Positions 34,903-36,265 of a stretch of DNA of 36,265 bases are shown here, one piece after another. The position numbers were made by a program, and so were the translations under genes. Under the pieces are notes generated by a model that saw only the letters and a program-made list of their open reading frames with translations, made no database searches and was not told the origin of the DNA. The DNA lies in the NCBI GenBank assembly GCA_017304105.1, contig JAFKLU010000355.1, forward strand, positions 1 through 36,265, given 5' to 3'. Numbering within the stretch: position 1 is the first letter of the stretch; the number at the start of each line of letters is the position of its first letter. Source of the stretch: Sphingomonadales bacterium. Its GTDB lineage: Bacteria; Pseudomonadota; Alphaproteobacteria; Sphingomonadales; Sphingomonadaceae.

Positions 34903-35198
34903 ATGCCCCCGCTTCATTGCGCCCAACAAGACGCGGAGCCCCTTTATATCCGGTCTACCTAGATGCCTCCTTCGAGGACCGGCTGAGTTCGCCTTCTCAG
35001 AGCAAATCTCGCCTGGCGCGTGAAGACCGGCGTATGAGCTGTGCCGGATTTACCGGGATACGCCCAAGATCGATGCTGCCAACTGAGCCGAGCTTGCGGT
35101 TGACAGTGAACGCAATTCCGTTCGCCGCTATGGAGCACCGCGTGGCCGCAGCGCACGCACAGCGCGCAAATTCTTATCCGAATCGGAGCGAATTCGTC

Positions 35199-36263
35199 TC
35201 AGGAAGCAATAGCCGCCGGAACATTCGCTGAAGTTTCCCTCACTCCTTGCGGCATTGTTCGTGTGCTTCGGCGCGCCGCCAGCACCAACGTCGCCAAGGC
35301 GCCAGCGGTGAGCCAGGTTATGGGGCGGAGGGAGGAGTTCGGAATGAGGTCGAGGAGATTGAGCAGGTGCATCGCCACCAGGGCGACGGTCGCGGCCGGG
35401 AGGCCGCGGGCGCGCAGGCGGAAGGCATGCCACATCGGATAGGTAAGCAGCCCGAAATAGGTGATGTAGCCCACCCAGCCGTAGCCGCCGAGCAGGATGA
35501 CCCAGGTTCCGTCTGTGACCGAGACGTCCGATGCCTGGCCTCGCTCGCTCACCACGATCACGCGGCTGCGGCCGTAGCCTCCCCAGCCGAACAGAGGACG
35601 CTCCTCGGCGCGGTTGAGCAGGATCTCCTCGTTGCGCAGGCGGAAATCGAGCGACGCGGCGCGGTCACCGCTGACCGCGTTCGCCGCCGACACGATCGAC
35701 TCATAAGGAAAGAGCCCCGAACTGCGCACCATCGGATAGGTCACGATGAGAAGCGCCACGCCGAGAGCGACGGTGACGAACCGGCGCGGCGTCAGCAGCA
35801 CCAGCAGGCCGCCGACCAGCGCAGCCAGCAGAGTCGCGCCGAGCGACTTGTTGAGCACAAGAACCACGGCAAGGAACAGCGTCGCTGCCCAGGCCGGCGC
35901 ACCCAGCATGCGCAGGCGCATCCGTCCCATCCCGATGGTCGCGATCATGGCCATGGCAATGAAGGTGGACACCAACAGTCCATGTCCGAGGAAAACCATC
36001 GCGCGGAAGCCGCCGTCGCGGACCTGCTGGATGAAGAACTCGACGTTGATGATGCCGTAGACAGACGTCTGCAGGAAGGGGCTCAGCCGGATCTCGAGCA
36101 GCACCGGAACCGCATAGGCCACGCCCGCGAACGCGAAGGCCATGAGGATCTGCCGGTGGCCCCGCTCACTCCCGAGCATCGATGCGCCTAGCACGAAGGG
36201 GAGGAGTTCGATCACGCGCCGCGCCATGGAGGAGATGCCGTCCATCATCGAGAGGCCGGGGAT
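35199..36263 (-). CDS. O-antigen ligase/Wzy-like polytopic membrane protein (5' truncated by the window edge)
   Basis: Many TM segments; EIRLSP, FRAMVFLGHGL, KSLGA, RAASLDFR..NE, RPLFGWGGYGR, TDGTW..GYGWVG. Confidence 0.75.
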   Translation of the reverse strand: MPGLSMMDGISSMARRVIELLPFVLGASMLGSERGHRQILMAFAFAGVAYAVPVLLEIRLSPFLQTSVYGIINVEFFIQQVRDGGFRAMVFLGHGLLVSTFIAMAMIATIGMGRMRLRMLGAPAWAATLFLAVVLVLNKSLGATLLAALVGGLLVLLTPRRFVTVALGVALLIVTYPMVRSSGLFPYESIVSAANAVSGDRAASLDFRLRNEEILLNRAEERPLFGWGGYGRSRVIVVSERGQASDVSVTDGTWVILLGGYGWVGYITYFGLLTYPMWHAFRLRARGLPAATVALVAMHLLNLLDLIPNSSLRPITWLTAGALATLVLAARRSTRTMPQGVRETSANVPAAIAS

Positions 36264-36265
36264 AG

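Noticed and set aside
34791-35231. 146-aa plus ORF and 65-aa minus ORF in the gap
   Set aside because: No SD, codon bias or recognisable motif.

Overview
GC-rich alphaproteobacterial chromosomal window. Gene content, synteny and repeat families point to Sphingomonadaceae. Most of it is housekeeping: partial thiC, a MipA/OmpV-type gene, tgt, glnE, bcp, a TauE/SafE exporter, a broken DUF455 ferritin-like gene, two M23 peptidases, erpA, xth, comM, rsh/spoT, two GIN (DUF2807) genes, the helicase-S4-fdxA-carD block and a probable zinc TonB-dependent receptor. Two accessory-looking parts stand out. The first is an 8-gene VOC/GST/DUF4287/DUF1428/SRPBCC cassette divergent from a Cys-bearing HxlR regulator, with a visible tandem operator (12.1-17.2 kb). 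The second is the edge of a polysaccharide-type locus (33-36.3 kb): a lower-GC putative clan GH-A enzyme and an O-antigen ligase/Wzy-like gene. The non-coding sequence is informative. It holds candidate CtrA boxes (two inside coding sequence), a LexA box before comM, a YtrA-type operator before the GIN pair, a Zur-like box before the receptor, RpoH-like promoters, several probably leaderless genes, a thiC with no riboswitch, a 61-aa small ORF and two REP-like doublets. I found no rRNA, tRNA, CRISPR array, integrase or transposase. All family assignments come from motif recognition by eye, not database searches.
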